A DNA stretch of 64,000 nt, from positions 155,434,001 through 155,498,000 of the forward strand of contig OX597814.1 of assembly GCA_951406725.2 (NCBI GenBank), given 5' to 3'. Below, in pieces: positions 50,538 through 64,000 of the stretch. The position numbers and the translations under genes are program-made. This DNA is from Octopus vulgaris. Its lineage: Eukaryota. The notes under the pieces are model-generated. The model did no database searches. It was not told where the DNA came from and saw only the letters and a list, made by a program, of their open reading frames with translations. Numbering within the stretch: position 1 is the first letter of the stretch; every line of letters starts with the position of its first letter.

Positions 50538-51271
50538 TCATACACACACATTAGAAACACGAAGCAATATTTATAAATATTTGTAGAATTTAAAAATAAA
50601 ATAATATATGTATTAAAAGTTTCACCATTTCTGTTGTATAACGTTAATTATATTCTATTCATAAACTTAGGTTAACAGCCTATGTATAGCTATTGGATAG
50701 GATACGTCTATCAGAAAATACGCCAGAGCAAAGTAAATCACCATTAAGGAGGAAAATTATGCTTGATTAAAGAGATAAATATTTATTTGGAAGGAAATAA
50801 TAAGTGTTTCTTCACAGATCGTTGGCAGACGACCAGTAAATTTGGAATCTTAATAGGGTATGTAAACACAGCGAGTCAAATGGATGTCAGTGGCACAATG
50901 AATATAGTAACGTATGAACTTATCAAGATACATGCAATCATACATGGACGTGATATGATGTATCTTTGTGCGTGTCTGTGTGATTGTGTGTGTGAGAGTA
51001 TATGTATGCGTGTGCATTTGTGTGTATGTGTGTGTGTGTGTGAGTGTGTGCTTGTATGTGAGGGTGTGTGTAAGTTGGCACGAGTACACACAGAAATACA
51101 CCCAGAGGCATATTTGCTCTTAAATATATGAATATATGCACAGAACTGTCCCGTTATGGTTCTTATACTTGTTTGAAAATGGCAATCGCAATATAACATA
51201 CACACATACATGCGCATGCACACACACACACACACACATACACGATCGCATCTATATATATACACACACAC

Positions 51272-51324
<53 letters not shown>

Positions 51325-51328
<4 letters not shown>

Positions 51329-51349
51329 TAAGTGTGTATATATACCCTG

Positions 51350-51388
<39 letters not shown>

Positions 51389-51410
51389 GCAGGGTATATA
51401 TACACACTTA

Positions 51411-51414
<4 letters not shown>
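51325..51414. repeat. short perfect inverted repeat centred on (TA)n
   Basis: tgtttaagtgtgtatatataccctgcta-(TA)n-tagcagggtatatatacacacttaaaca. Confidence 0.9.
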
Positions 51415-51480
<66 letters not shown>

Positions 51481-51894
51481 GATAGCTATGTAGATAGATA
51501 GATTGCTACATGCGTAAAAAGCACGCGTAGATACACACACATATATGTTGTTTCTCGTGAATATTTTATTTCTGTTTCAAACTCTTTTGTATTTTATATT
51601 TGAGCACCTTGCATGTTACAGAAAGGTATTGTGTATTTAGCATATGCGTTCAATTTAGTTAGACATTTCTTTCTATAATTATAGCATACGGGAAACGTGA
51701 GTGCAATTTATGGCATTCTATTATATGAAAATTCTGTGTTGTATAAGCTTAATTGTGTATACCTGGGTATGTGTATGACTATTTCGCTATATAGTCATCA
51801 GTGCGTGGGTCTGTGAATGTGTTTTTGAATGAACATATTTATGTAATGGGTTTATGCATTTGTACACACGCGCGCGCACAGATACACACACGTA

Positions 51895-51949
<55 letters not shown>

Positions 51950-52179
51950 TGTTATTTAAAACAGGTAGCTGAATTCGGTTAACTGAGCCTGGGGAGCTAG
52001 GTTTTTCTTGGAACTCTGCAAAACTTTAAGCTTCATGGGGGCCAAACCAAACTAACAATAGAATATGTAACACCTAATAAATGTGTTGAGTGCCTCTTTC
52101 TTTCGTTTGTACACTCACCCGTACATACATACATATATATGGGCACACACACACATATATATGTATGCATGTATGTATG

Positions 52180-52243
<64 letters not shown>

Positions 52244-53056
52244 TTTATAAATACACACACCCACATATATATATGTACATACGTGTAAAGATATATATAT
52301 ATATGAATGCACACATCACGCACACATCAACGCACATACACGCACGCCCGCATGTACACACACACACATACACACACTCGTACACTCACATAGACTCACA
52401 CATAGTCCCACATATAACGGGTCTTTTTCTGTTTCCGTCTACCAAATCCACCCACAAAGCTTCGGTCGGCCCGGAGCTATAGTAAAGGACACTTGTTCAA
52501 GAAATACACAATAGAAATTTACCATGTGCTTGAAAGCCAGCTTTTTACCGCCCTGCCTCGTCCATATATGCATTTATACACACACACAGATTATCGAGCA
52601 CACAAACCCAATGTATGTGTTCTGCTTATTCAACGGTTCGCTGTGGTATAGAGCTTGAGGGACGACTTCGTCATAACGCTGGGAATTAACCAGTGACAAA
52701 TCAATTCGTCAGTCTGCTTTTACTTCGTTATCTAATCCAATCTTATGTAGCATTTTAAGAGCATTTTTAATAGAGGTTAGAATTATAAGCATGTTTAAAC
52801 GATCAAATGATCAAATGTGCACTTAAAATTCAACGAGTTTCACAGGGATAAGTAATATCAAAGTAAATGTTCGGCGAAGAATATAACAAGTGTACATTAT
52901 TGACAGTTTGATCATATTGAGTTTTTATAGAATACGTAGACAAGAGAGAATATAACACGGGAAGAGAGTATACAAATATATTTTACGATTTCTGTCGTCA
53001 TGCGCGTAGATTTTTTCCTTTTTTTCCCTTCGCGTACTGATCCCTGTATACATATT

Positions 53057-53870
53057 CGAGGTGTATGCCAGAAGCTTGGGGACATTTTTAGGAAAAGTAG
53101 TTATAGCTGTATTAGATTAGTGTAACTTAATTCAATGCATTATTAAACTGACGTGTTAGCTTCTCTCATTCTAGAATGAAGAAGGCGGCAGTAACTGCAC
53201 ATTGATCACATCCTACAAAACACTGAATGTCACAGCTGGCTAGTTTGCAGAATGCAGTCAGGAGGTTAAGACAGTTTGGAAGATCACTGTGCAAGAATGT
53301 TTTGTGTTAAACTCGGTAAAAATGCCCCAGATACTTATGAAATGTTCCAGATTGCGTATGCAATAAAAGGTCAGGAAAAGCAAATCCACTGGAAACTCAA
53401 GACGATCTCCCTTTTCTAGAGCAAGGGCGTCATCTACATACACTTGTTACCTTCTGGCCAGATCGTCAACCAAGACCACTTTGTGGAGGTACCCGAGGAA
53501 AATCAAGTAGAGATTTCGTTGCAATAGGCCAAGGCACCGGCACCTAGAATATGGACAAGTCCACAGTTCTATCCTGGTAACCAACTAATTGACAGAAATG
53601 AGCATCTAAACTGTCCGTCACTCTCCTCACACTTTCGATTATTCACCAAACTAAAGGGAAAAATGAAGGAAGCTGTTACAAGGTTGGATCCAACTGGACA
53701 TCCTCACTTTGAAGAACTTAGATTGGGCCTTCACATAGAGAGTGAAGCCTCTACAAGTGCAGCAAAGTCAGAGGATACTACATTGAAGGAGATTAAAGTT
53801 ATTTTTTTACTTCTTTGAAATTAATAAATGTTTCGCCTGTAAAAGTCTGAAAACCTCTGGAATACTCACC
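53057..53870 (+). mobile_element. internally deleted mariner relic
   Basis: PSGQIVNQDHFVEV.. and terminal [14 protein letters not shown]; degenerate TIRs gaggtgtatgccagaag / ctctggaatactcacc. Confidence 0.7.
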
Positions 53871-53886
53871 ATTTATCTATCAATCA

Positions 53887-53970
<84 letters not shown>

Positions 53971-53975
53971 GTCTG

Positions 53976-54035
<60 letters not shown>

Positions 54036-54068
54036 CACGCACGCGTATACACATATGTACACACACAC

Positions 54069-54114
<46 letters not shown>

Positions 54115-57100
54115 ATATATATATATACATACATACATAAATAAACTTTTATATGTATATACCTGTGTACATACACATATATGATTTTAGTCGTATTTAT
54201 TATTTTATTCAAAAATAGTTCATCACAAACCCGCGAAATACAAATGTACTCACTCCCAAACATATGTATACAATTATCCCGTTATGCAATTATAGTCAAG
54301 ACCGACAATGTTAATTTGTAGCATAACCACGTGACCTTATGTTCAGGCTGTTTGCTTGTTACTGGTGTTTGACTCCAAATAGCCAAACGGCAATGGATAG
54401 CACACTTAGAATTTTGTAACTCAGGTCAACTTGTCCTCTATAACTGTAACAAGAAACGAGATTAAGTAAAAAGCGAAAATCAAAAATATTTAAAGATATT
54501 AATTTGATCGATAATAAAAAATTAGTCTTCAACTTTGAAGATATTCCTTGATACCTCAGATCATTTCTCTATGATGTTTACTAATATTCCTGCTTTCAAC
54601 AACATCAATGTATATTGTCATTACGTCAATTAATGTTTAATATGGGCGAAGTTTTGTTTATGAAGTTAAAAGTTCGCTTCTTCGACATATGGTTTCGGTT
54701 TCAATGCCACTGCATGGACATTTCAGTCAAAGTGTTTACCAAAGATTCGAGTCGAACAAAAGATTGTGAATGAAATTTGAAAGGCAAAAATCTATTTCAA
54801 AGCCTGACAGAAAGATGATTACCATCTCTCGAGTACAAGAATTGATCTGTTGTCTGTTTTAATACCACCACGTCTGAATCTGGCTGAATTTACTCTTTTT
54901 CAAGTATTTGAGCTATCTCCTGATCTGAGAATAACCTCATCCCTGCCTCCTAACAGTTTCAGCGACCCTGAAATAAAGTTCACGGGTCTCTGCTCTTCAT
55001 CATCTGGCTAAGGCATAATAATTAAAAAATGTTAGTTTGTTTCAAAGATTATATGAAATCGATCATTGAAAAGCAAGAGCTGACACATCAAACAAACAGA
55101 AAAATCCAAGAGAAAAGAAAATGGAAAGGGTAATGGTTTTGGTAAGGAATAAACATATTTCGTTATTAAAAACTGAATCTGCTTTCTTAGCGTTATTGAC
55201 TTTATATTGTATTTGTTTTCATATGTAGGTCAGTTGGTCATGGTTGAATTGCTTTGATATGGATATATCTTACTTCAAAGCAATAGTAAAACAAAGACGT
55301 CTACTAGCCAAATTAATATTCAGTGAAAATTGCTTTAACATCGTAGGGCAATGGATAGGATTCTAGTCAAAAATGATCTGTGAGCCAATTTACATTACTT
55401 TTTAAGCTAATGAGTTGTACTGATACTTCTATTGAAAAACAGTAAAATGAAAACAGGTAAACGAAATAGGAACAATTTATTCTTGCAATCCATATCTCAG
55501 TTACCCTTTTAAAATCTAGCATACATGGTTCAGTGTATACAGGGGCTGACTGGAATATATTTAATAATATGTCCTCTCATTTACAGCTGAGGAATAAACA
55601 GACATAAAACAAAAGTGATAAGAAACTGAGCCAACATAGAAACCTCCACACCGTCTCACAAAGTACGACATACAGCAAACAAATCCTCATCAAATCATAC
55701 CATCTTAACTAAAAATAACATTGGACAATATATATTCCTGATAATATGATCGATGGTCACAGATGAGACGTCTTTCATAGGTCAACTCAGTCAGGGCTAA
55801 ATTGGAACTTAGAAGCAACAACAACGATAACAGTAAATATGTAGATAACAATTTGGAATTTGTAGGAAAACATGAATAATACATGTTTAGGCGCTTGGTA
55901 TTTATAAAGAAGATAATGTTTTCTTTAAGTTTCACGTGAATGTTAAACAACAACCATTGATATGGAACCATAGATCACCTGTCATTTATTGTATATTTTC
56001 TAACATTACTGCAATATCTTATTCCCTTTCGAATTGTATTGATCTTTTCTTGACACCTGTATCTAATGTATCTAATTCCCTTGCTACACTTTTTAACATT
56101 ATTTGCAGACAGAATCCGCACGAAATGAATCTATTGGGAAGTTTCAATATTTCATTTCTAAATTTAGAAACAACTAGTTTATCACTAACCTCATTTATAT
56201 CATTTTAACGTTCTTGTTTTCTTTAGCTCGAGAGTTTTTGAGCAAATGGTAAACTTTTGTATTGGGTGTGCTCCATTTTCGATTCTTGGCTGGTACTATT
56301 GATAAACATTTCTGTTCCAGTGTCTGAAAAGATTAGAGGATTTGGTTTTCCAAAGATTTACGCATAAAGTACACTCTGTTACCAATAATCGGTCGACTGT
56401 TGGAATAAATCACTGGAGACATCTATATTTGAATTCAAAACTTGCAGGAGTATATTTTCTTTTCTTTACCCTTGTGCCGATAACGCGACAGTAACTATAT
56501 TAAGCTCAGTTCAACTACCTATCCTCTATAAATTTGTGGTCTACAACAAATCTTCATTAATAACAGAATAATGTGACAAGCTCTGCATTAGCTCGAAGCA
56601 CCATATAAATTTATTCTTTACTTTGTTCTTAAGGAAGGCATGAACTTCACAGTGTATATTTCCTTCCTATATACTGTCTAGCTTTCTATCAAAGCCGAGA
56701 TTAACGACTTATTACTCATACTTTTAACAACTGAAATTTGACAGTACTTTTGTAAATAAATATTTAATCGGTATTTCTCTTTGTAGCCTAAAAGACCATT
56801 ACTATTTTTGATGAAGGTAAAGACTCATTGAATATTTGGTTTCTGGAAAACTTAATAAGAAATCACCCCAGCTGTGTAGAACTAGAAATTGCAGGCTAAA
56901 ATGGCTTCCGTTTACTTCTCAGTTCATGGAAATTCACAGTTCTACTATATTCTCACGTTTTATCAAATGTGACCTGCCTTGGGTTCATTGACTTTTAACA
57001 TATCAACACCTAACTTTCAGTTACTTTTAAACCACCACAATACATTATATTCAAACAATATTTTCATGTTCCATACGGAGATATCACATCGGCGCCTGAC

Positions 57101-58052
57101 TGAGTCTGTTGTAAGATGTAACCTAAACACCTCACACCAGATGTGAAACTATCTGTCAATGAACAGTCTTTCTAATTATTCTTGGACATAACATACAAAT
57201 CTAGCCTCTTTCACATATCCCCAAAATATGGTCACTCTACATATCAAAGAAATACATCATTGTTTCAGTTATACATTAGCAACTCATAATTAAAACATTC
57301 ACACTCTCTAAAAAGTCTCAAAATCTCTAATGTGGTACTCCTTTCATCTTTGAAATAGCAAACGGTATAATATGAGGATACTATTGATGTTTTACATTCA
57401 GAAATAGTAAAACTAACACTTCAAACAATGGAATAAATGTGGGTAGTGTTCTTTGTCAGAGAAATAAGGAATGACTACTAAACAGTAAACGAACACTGCA
57501 TCACAAAGAACACCTTTTCCTCTTTAGTGTCATCCCAGAACAGACATTGACACAACAATTTAGAATAATATTTACATATCTGTTTACCAATATACACAGC
57601 ACAAATGTTAGCGTTGTATCCATCGACAAACCAAAGATGAGGCGTCAACGCGATTGATCCTCAAGTTAGAAATATCAACCAGATGTTCTTAAAGTTGATA
57701 AATGCTTTCTTAAAATTACTATCCATTTCGAAAAAAGTGCGAAAGTTACACATAGAGAACCACTTATTTAAAGGGCTAAACAACAGTAAACCATTTCACT
57801 TTCCTTAAGAAAGTAAAAAGGATTCAATAACTTAATAGAAATGCAATACATTTCAATACGTTACAATGTCAAGGACACTAACACATTTACCCTTTGTAAA
57901 CCCATACGTCACTATCAGAATTATTAATGCTCTTCCTTTGAAGCCGACTTCATACGTGATATTTCCACAGATCCCTACTTATCTTCTCCTTAGTTTTATA
58001 TTTCATCTATAATCCACAAAACTAAAACACTTCTAAATTTCTGTTTCTGCAG

Positions 58053-58068
58053 GACCTTCTGGAATTCT
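58053..58068 (+). CDS. candidate 16-nt micro-exon (DLLEF + 1 nt)
   Basis: tttctgtttctgcag|GACCTTCTGGAATTCT|gtaagt: consensus acceptor and perfect donor. Confidence 0.4.
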
Positions 58069-58199
58069 GTAAGTGCTCAATGAATGCATAAAAGGAATGC
58101 ATTTACATTCGTTTAAGCTCTATAATATCTAAATTCATTTCAGTCTTGATTCACAATGTGTTGGACATAAAAATTTTCCAAATTAAGCTACCACTGCGC

Positions 58200-59172
58200 T
58201 AATAATTTATGCTGTGAGTCAATGGGCAGACAGAAATAAAATGCAACTGAATGAGGGAAAATTTGAGCTGATGCATTTTGGAAGAAATTCCTCACTAAAA
58301 TAACCTTACTCTCTTCCTTCAGGGGAACCGCTCACAACCTCTAACAATATCAGAGACCTGGGTGTAATTGTTGATGACGATCTCAGTTGGAATGCACACA
58401 TCAACAAGAAGGTCGATATAGCTCGTAGGATGAGTTCCTGGATCTTAAGAACTTTCCGGTCCAGAGAACAAGGTGTCATCATACCACTTTTTTCCTCCTT
58501 TGTACGGCCACACCTTGAATACTGCTGCCCACTGTGGTCTCCCCATACAAGACAAAACATCTCGAGAATTGAGTCACCCCAGAGGGCACTCACTAAACGA
58601 ATTGAAGGCATGGCTGCTCTCGATTATTGGGATCGCCTTAAAGCCTTGAAACTTTACTCCCTCCAGCGTCGCCGTGAGCGGTACATCATTTGTACGATGT
58701 GGGGAATATACCGCCAACTTTGCCAAAACGACCTTAACATTAGCTTCAAGGTTCATCCAAGACTGGGACCACGGGCCATACGTCCTCTGCCCAATTCAAG
58801 ATCACAACATACATGTACACTGCAACATAATTTCTTTTACTCAACAGGCCCTGCCCTATTTAACATTGTCCCGAGGGAGATCAAAGAGGAAAAGAATCCC
58901 ATCAACTTTAAACGGAGTCTGGATAGATTCCTTCAAAGAATACCAGATAAGCCACCCATAATTGGATACAACTCACCCAACAAGAACTCACTACTTGAAC
59001 AAAACTTGATACAACTCACCCAACAAGAACTCACAACTTGAACAAAACTTGACTTAAACAAAACTTGACTTAAACAAAACTTTACTTAAACAGGATTCGA
59101 ATAATCCTATCAGGTGGTGCTATTAAGTTAGACATGGCCTGGACCAATCTTTGGTCGAAACATATCTAAGTT
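58200..59172 (+). mobile_element. 5'-truncated CR1/L2-type LINE (RT thumb + C-terminus + 3' UTR)
   Basis: QWADRNKMQLNEGKFELMHFG..RDLGVIVDDDLSW..VRPHLEYCCPLWSP..LYSLQRRRERY..FKRSLDRFL..PDKP; one stop near 58301; terminal hairpin gaccaatctttggtc. Confidence 0.9.
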
Positions 59173-59278
59173 TATGACAGTATGTGGTTGGAAGCATCAC
59201 AGTAGAGATACATGTTATTTTGCATAAACAGGTTTGTATCTTCAATCTTCCTTGGCTTTTTTCTTATTCATTTGACAG

Positions 59279-59318
59279 ATTTCGTCAAGGAGCAATTCAC
59301 TTATGATAAAGTAGAACG
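59279..59318 (+). CDS. candidate 40-nt exon (xFVKEQFTYDKVER)
   Basis: ttttttcttattcatttgacag|ATTTCG..GTAGAACG|gtaagt; only one frame is open and it is in phase with 58053-58068. Confidence 0.45.
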
Positions 59319-59568
59319 GTAAGTGAGCGCAGCATCGATCGGTTTAAGTTTCTGCGTCTACGCCCCCTAGCGTACATCATTTTGTGACGGCATATGACAC
59401 ACAGAGCAATAATTCATGCTCCAAAATTAGATGGACAGAGTAGGGTAAGATCTGAAAGAGGTTAATCTACTAATAGCTACTTCATAGTGCATGTTGTTTA
59501 GAAACAGCAATTGTTACTGAGTACTAACGAGAAGGAGCATTAAATACATACATGCATACATACATACA

Positions 59569-59599
<31 letters not shown>

Positions 59600-59619
59600 G
59601 TACAAACGCACGCACACAC

Positions 59620-59687
<68 letters not shown>

Positions 59688-59947
59688 TATATTTTACTTG
59701 TTTCAGTCATTAAATAGTGAAAAATCTAAAGAGAATGAATCGACCCAGAATTTATTTTTAAAAGTTTGACGCTTATTCTATCGGGCTCTTTTGTCGAAAC
59801 GTTAGTTTAAGGGGACGTAAACACAGCCGTGCCGGTTGACAATCAGTGGTGGGGACTGAATGGTGAAGAATGTGGCATGATTGTAAAACGAATTCGTACC
59901 TTATAGCCACACCCGCGCCTATGTATGTGTGTGTCTGTGTGTATTTG

Positions 59948-59988
<41 letters not shown>

Positions 59989-60022
59989 ATATATGTACAT
60001 ATATATATATATATGTATACTT

Positions 60023-60072
<50 letters not shown>

Positions 60073-60115
60073 ATCTATAAGTATATACACGGCTATGTCT
60101 TTCTCTCTCTCTCTG

Positions 60116-60180
<65 letters not shown>

Positions 60181-60455
60181 GCATGTATTTATGTGAATAT
60201 ATGTATGTGGGGGTTCGTGTGTGTGTTTCAATCCATCTGAATAAAATATGCTGTCCTCCTCCAAATACAATATGTGGTTCTCTGCCAATCTGCGAAATCA
60301 ATATTTCCTCGCAAGCTAATTATCAGCAATTAGTTTTAAATATGGACGAATGATTATATTCATGTGACGCCATTTTACTGTTTGGATATGAATAAGTAAA
60401 TAAATAAACAAATAATGGAAGAAAACAGAAAGAAAAATGGATAACTCGCTAGATG

Positions 60456-60553
<98 letters not shown>

Positions 60554-60946
60554 AAACATCTTGTAAGGGGAAAAAAGCATATACAAGCGATAATCTTGCA
60601 AACACACTCTGGATTGTATTTATAGAATATTTCGAACGCAAAACCTGAAAAAGAAATTTGTTTGCAAATAATTAATGTGTGTTGACTTTCGATTGAGTAG
60701 AGAATACAATGGTGATATTTATATTAAATAAATCTTGTAAGTTACTAGCCGTTAATTATTAATTATGACTATATGTCTGTTTATATTCTTATTTACTGAA
60801 TTTTCTATCTTTTTTCCTTCTTTCTTTTATTCTTTCTTTCAGCCTTACGCTCTCTCTTGAGCCCCCCCCCCCCGTATATGCACACATATATTAGCTATGT
60901 TATCAAATATATATACAAGCAGGTACATGTACATAAAGACACATAC

Positions 60947-60999
<53 letters not shown>

Positions 61000-61023
61000 A
61001 TATATACATATATGTATGTATAT

Positions 61024-61065
<42 letters not shown>

Positions 61066-61862
61066 TGAATATATAACCACATATTTCTATGTCCTTATAC
61101 TTTTTCCTATTTTTTTCTGATTTTCAGTTTTGCAATATACACAGATATTTTATTTTGATACTTTATTCTCCGCCATCTCTTCCATTACAATACTACAGTA
61201 AACCCCTTCCCCCACAACACTACAACTGGAACAGCAACCACCATCATCACCGCCAGTCTCAGCGTGTCTGTGATTATATCAAGCTTATTATTTCTGACGT
61301 TAACGGACACGGCACTGTGAGTAAAAACGATAACTATTATCATAAAGAATTTCCCTGGCTACTATCACCTCTTTCGTTCCTACCATTTATTCATAACTAC
61401 TAGTTTTCTAGAACTGTAATGATACTTCTCAGAAATCACACGCACGCATGCACACTTACACAAACCCTGTCTGTGGTTACGAATACATGTGCATTCAGAT
61501 ATTATATGCAATATGCTAGATAGACATATTTAACGTTACTGTGAAGGTACGACCCAGTAACACGACTGTAATATGATTAGTTTCGTCAACCCTAAAAGCT
61601 GTTAGTGATCAATTACTTTGTCTCTCAACCTTCAAATTAAGAAAATATGTCTTCAAGAGGAAAACATAAACCAACTATTATTTGTGAGAATTTTACACAA
61701 TGTGGCTGTGTTGGTGGTTAGGATGTAAGTCTCCACAAGAAATACGAAACTCGTCGGATGACTCTTAGGCACTAATATTTATGTGGTTTATTCAGAACTC
61801 TTATCGTTGCAGTGCAACATATATTTGTTTATTAAACATATTGTGCATGATTTCCATACATA

Positions 61863-61905
<43 letters not shown>

Positions 61906-62882
61906 AGACTCACACACACACATTTAAGTCTGCTTGGGGTATACAGGCTGAAGATGCCAGATCTCATCCGGACTTTCAATGCGAGTACACTGAGAGTACG
62001 AAATCGTTCTCTGAACAAGACATCAGATCGCTGTAGGATTAGCAAAGGTGCTCATGGTTCGCGTTAGAAGAATGGGAAATGAAGAAACTTTCTCAAGGAG
62101 GCCTGTTTCACGAATCAAACTTAGCATCTAGCAATCGTATTTCAATTAAACTATTCAATCAACCACGTGCAGTCATACACACACACACACACACACACAC
62201 ATGCGTGCACATACACCTTCACGCACTTGCCAAAACAAAAACATCAATTATAATAATAGTCCAAGACAAAAATATAAATATTCTTTTTAATATTGGCACA
62301 AGTCCAGAAATTTCGAGGGAAAGGGGTAAGGCGACTACACCGACCAAATTGCTAAAAATGTTCTTGTGTTATCGGTCCCGAAAAACATGAATGGCAAAAT
62401 CGATCTCGGAGGTATTATGTTGAGCATTTTGTCCAGCTTGCTAACGATTCTGAAAATTCGCCGCCTTCGTTGAATATAAAATAAAAAAAAACCACGTTAT
62501 TTGTAGCAACAGCAAGATTATAGCTACACGAATAACAATAAAAGAGGCAGTAAAGTGATGCAATACGAATATCAGGAAAAAAGCATCAACAGCGAAGTCA
62601 ACCGACAATACGTTAACAAAGAGGAACAACGTCGGCGGTAGAAAGCACAACGACAACAACAAGAACAAGAAATATTCGTATAAATATTCCAAGTAGTAAT
62701 TACTATAACAGGAATAAGCATTAACTATTTGTACACAGCCACATCAAACAGGGAAGCAAATAAACAAAAAATGATACACACAGACGCACATATACATATG
62801 TATAGGCAATTATATATATACAAATAAATGTACATGCATCATATACATATATATATATATATATTCGTATATTATTCGTTTA

Positions 62883-62927
<45 letters not shown>

Positions 62928-63086
62928 TCGTATATTTTTCGTATATATATATTATATACAAATATGAATACAAATATATACACTCTCATACACACATCAC
63001 GCCCACAAACATATATACATGAAGGCACAAACGCTGTGTGTAAGTGTGAATGAGTCTTATAAATATTATGTAATATAATACACATG

Positions 63087-63140
<54 letters not shown>

Positions 63141-63218
63141 TATATATATATACATACACACATATTTGTGTGTATAGATATATACATATTTATACATGCA
63201 TACAAATATACGTATGTA

Positions 63219-63264
<46 letters not shown>

Positions 63265-64000
63265 GTACATATATATATGCATACACACACAAACACATAT
63301 ATATATGTGTATATATATGTAGACACAAACATACACACATATAAAAGAGGGATAGGGAGATATAGATATAAATTACATATTATACTTATAATTCACAAAT
63401 CTCACGCATCAGATGAGAAACAAGTGAACAAGTAACAAAAAAAATGAAATTTCGTATTAAAGGGGGAATGAGAAAGATATAATCTAAAACGACTATAATA
63501 AAATAAATAAAGATGAAAATAGAAAAAACAAAACAACCAAATAGCACCAGAAATGAATATACAAAAATTAGATAACGCAAGGCGATATATCCATTAACTA
63601 AACAAAATTAAACTGATCTATAAAAATAATTTATAAAATCTACAAAGAAAATTAAAATTAACGAAATAAACAAAGGAAAAAAAATGTTAACTGAGGGCAG
63701 TTTAATATTATTTCCAATTATAAAATGAATAAATTTATGAGAAAAACAAGCATAATTTACGTCTATTGAAAACACAATTTCTAGGAAGACAAAACGTAAA
63801 AGAACTCGACTAACAAAATTGGATAACATATTAATTTATTTCTATTAGAGAAAATAAAGACCTTATATATATGTATGGCAGTATGTACGCATGCACATGT
63901 ACAAACATTCTATAATTCTTTAAGTGCTTTTACTCACTGGACAGCGGCCGTAATTAGGTACCGCTTTGAAATGCTTGGTTGATCATATCGGTTTTATATT

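Noticed and set aside
57090-57160. CTGACTGA..GAAACTATCTGTC as a hammerhead
   Set aside because: Core spacing is wrong, stem III is not palindromic and there is no stem I
60843-60894. Acceptor after a long pyrimidine tract as the next exon ([17 protein letters not shown])
   Set aside because: Low-complexity context running into poly-C and TA repeats; phase fits but there is no independent support
61640-61765. GAAACTCGTC as the 3' half of a hammerhead
   Set aside because: No recognisable CUGANGA upstream

Overview
AT-rich, microsatellite-dense eukaryotic (animal) DNA, almost all intergenic or intronic. The SINE signatures and the (TA)n/(CA)n/(TATC)n/(AAT)n load suggest a cephalopod (octopus-like) genome; this is inferred, not database-checked. 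Most ORFs in the supplied track are microsatellite artefacts. Recognisable content is mobile DNA: one near-intact, GC-rich CR1-type LINE (24815-27928, APE+RT, one nonsense codon), three decayed CR1/L2-type LINEs, a Tx1/L1 remnant, R4/Dong-type remnants, four Tc1/mariner relics, tRNA-derived SINEs, a probable non-autonomous Helitron and many Penelope-like element (PLE) pieces. The most notable pattern is a set of fold-back (inverted pseudo-LTR) elements, mostly in or next to (TA)n tracts, carrying at least six sequence-distinct type-I hammerhead ribozyme motifs. Two of these have an unusually long, structured stem II. The only hint of a host gene is a phase-compatible pair of + strand micro-exons (58053-58068, 59279-59318). 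Boundaries of decayed elements are approximate and all translations were done by hand.
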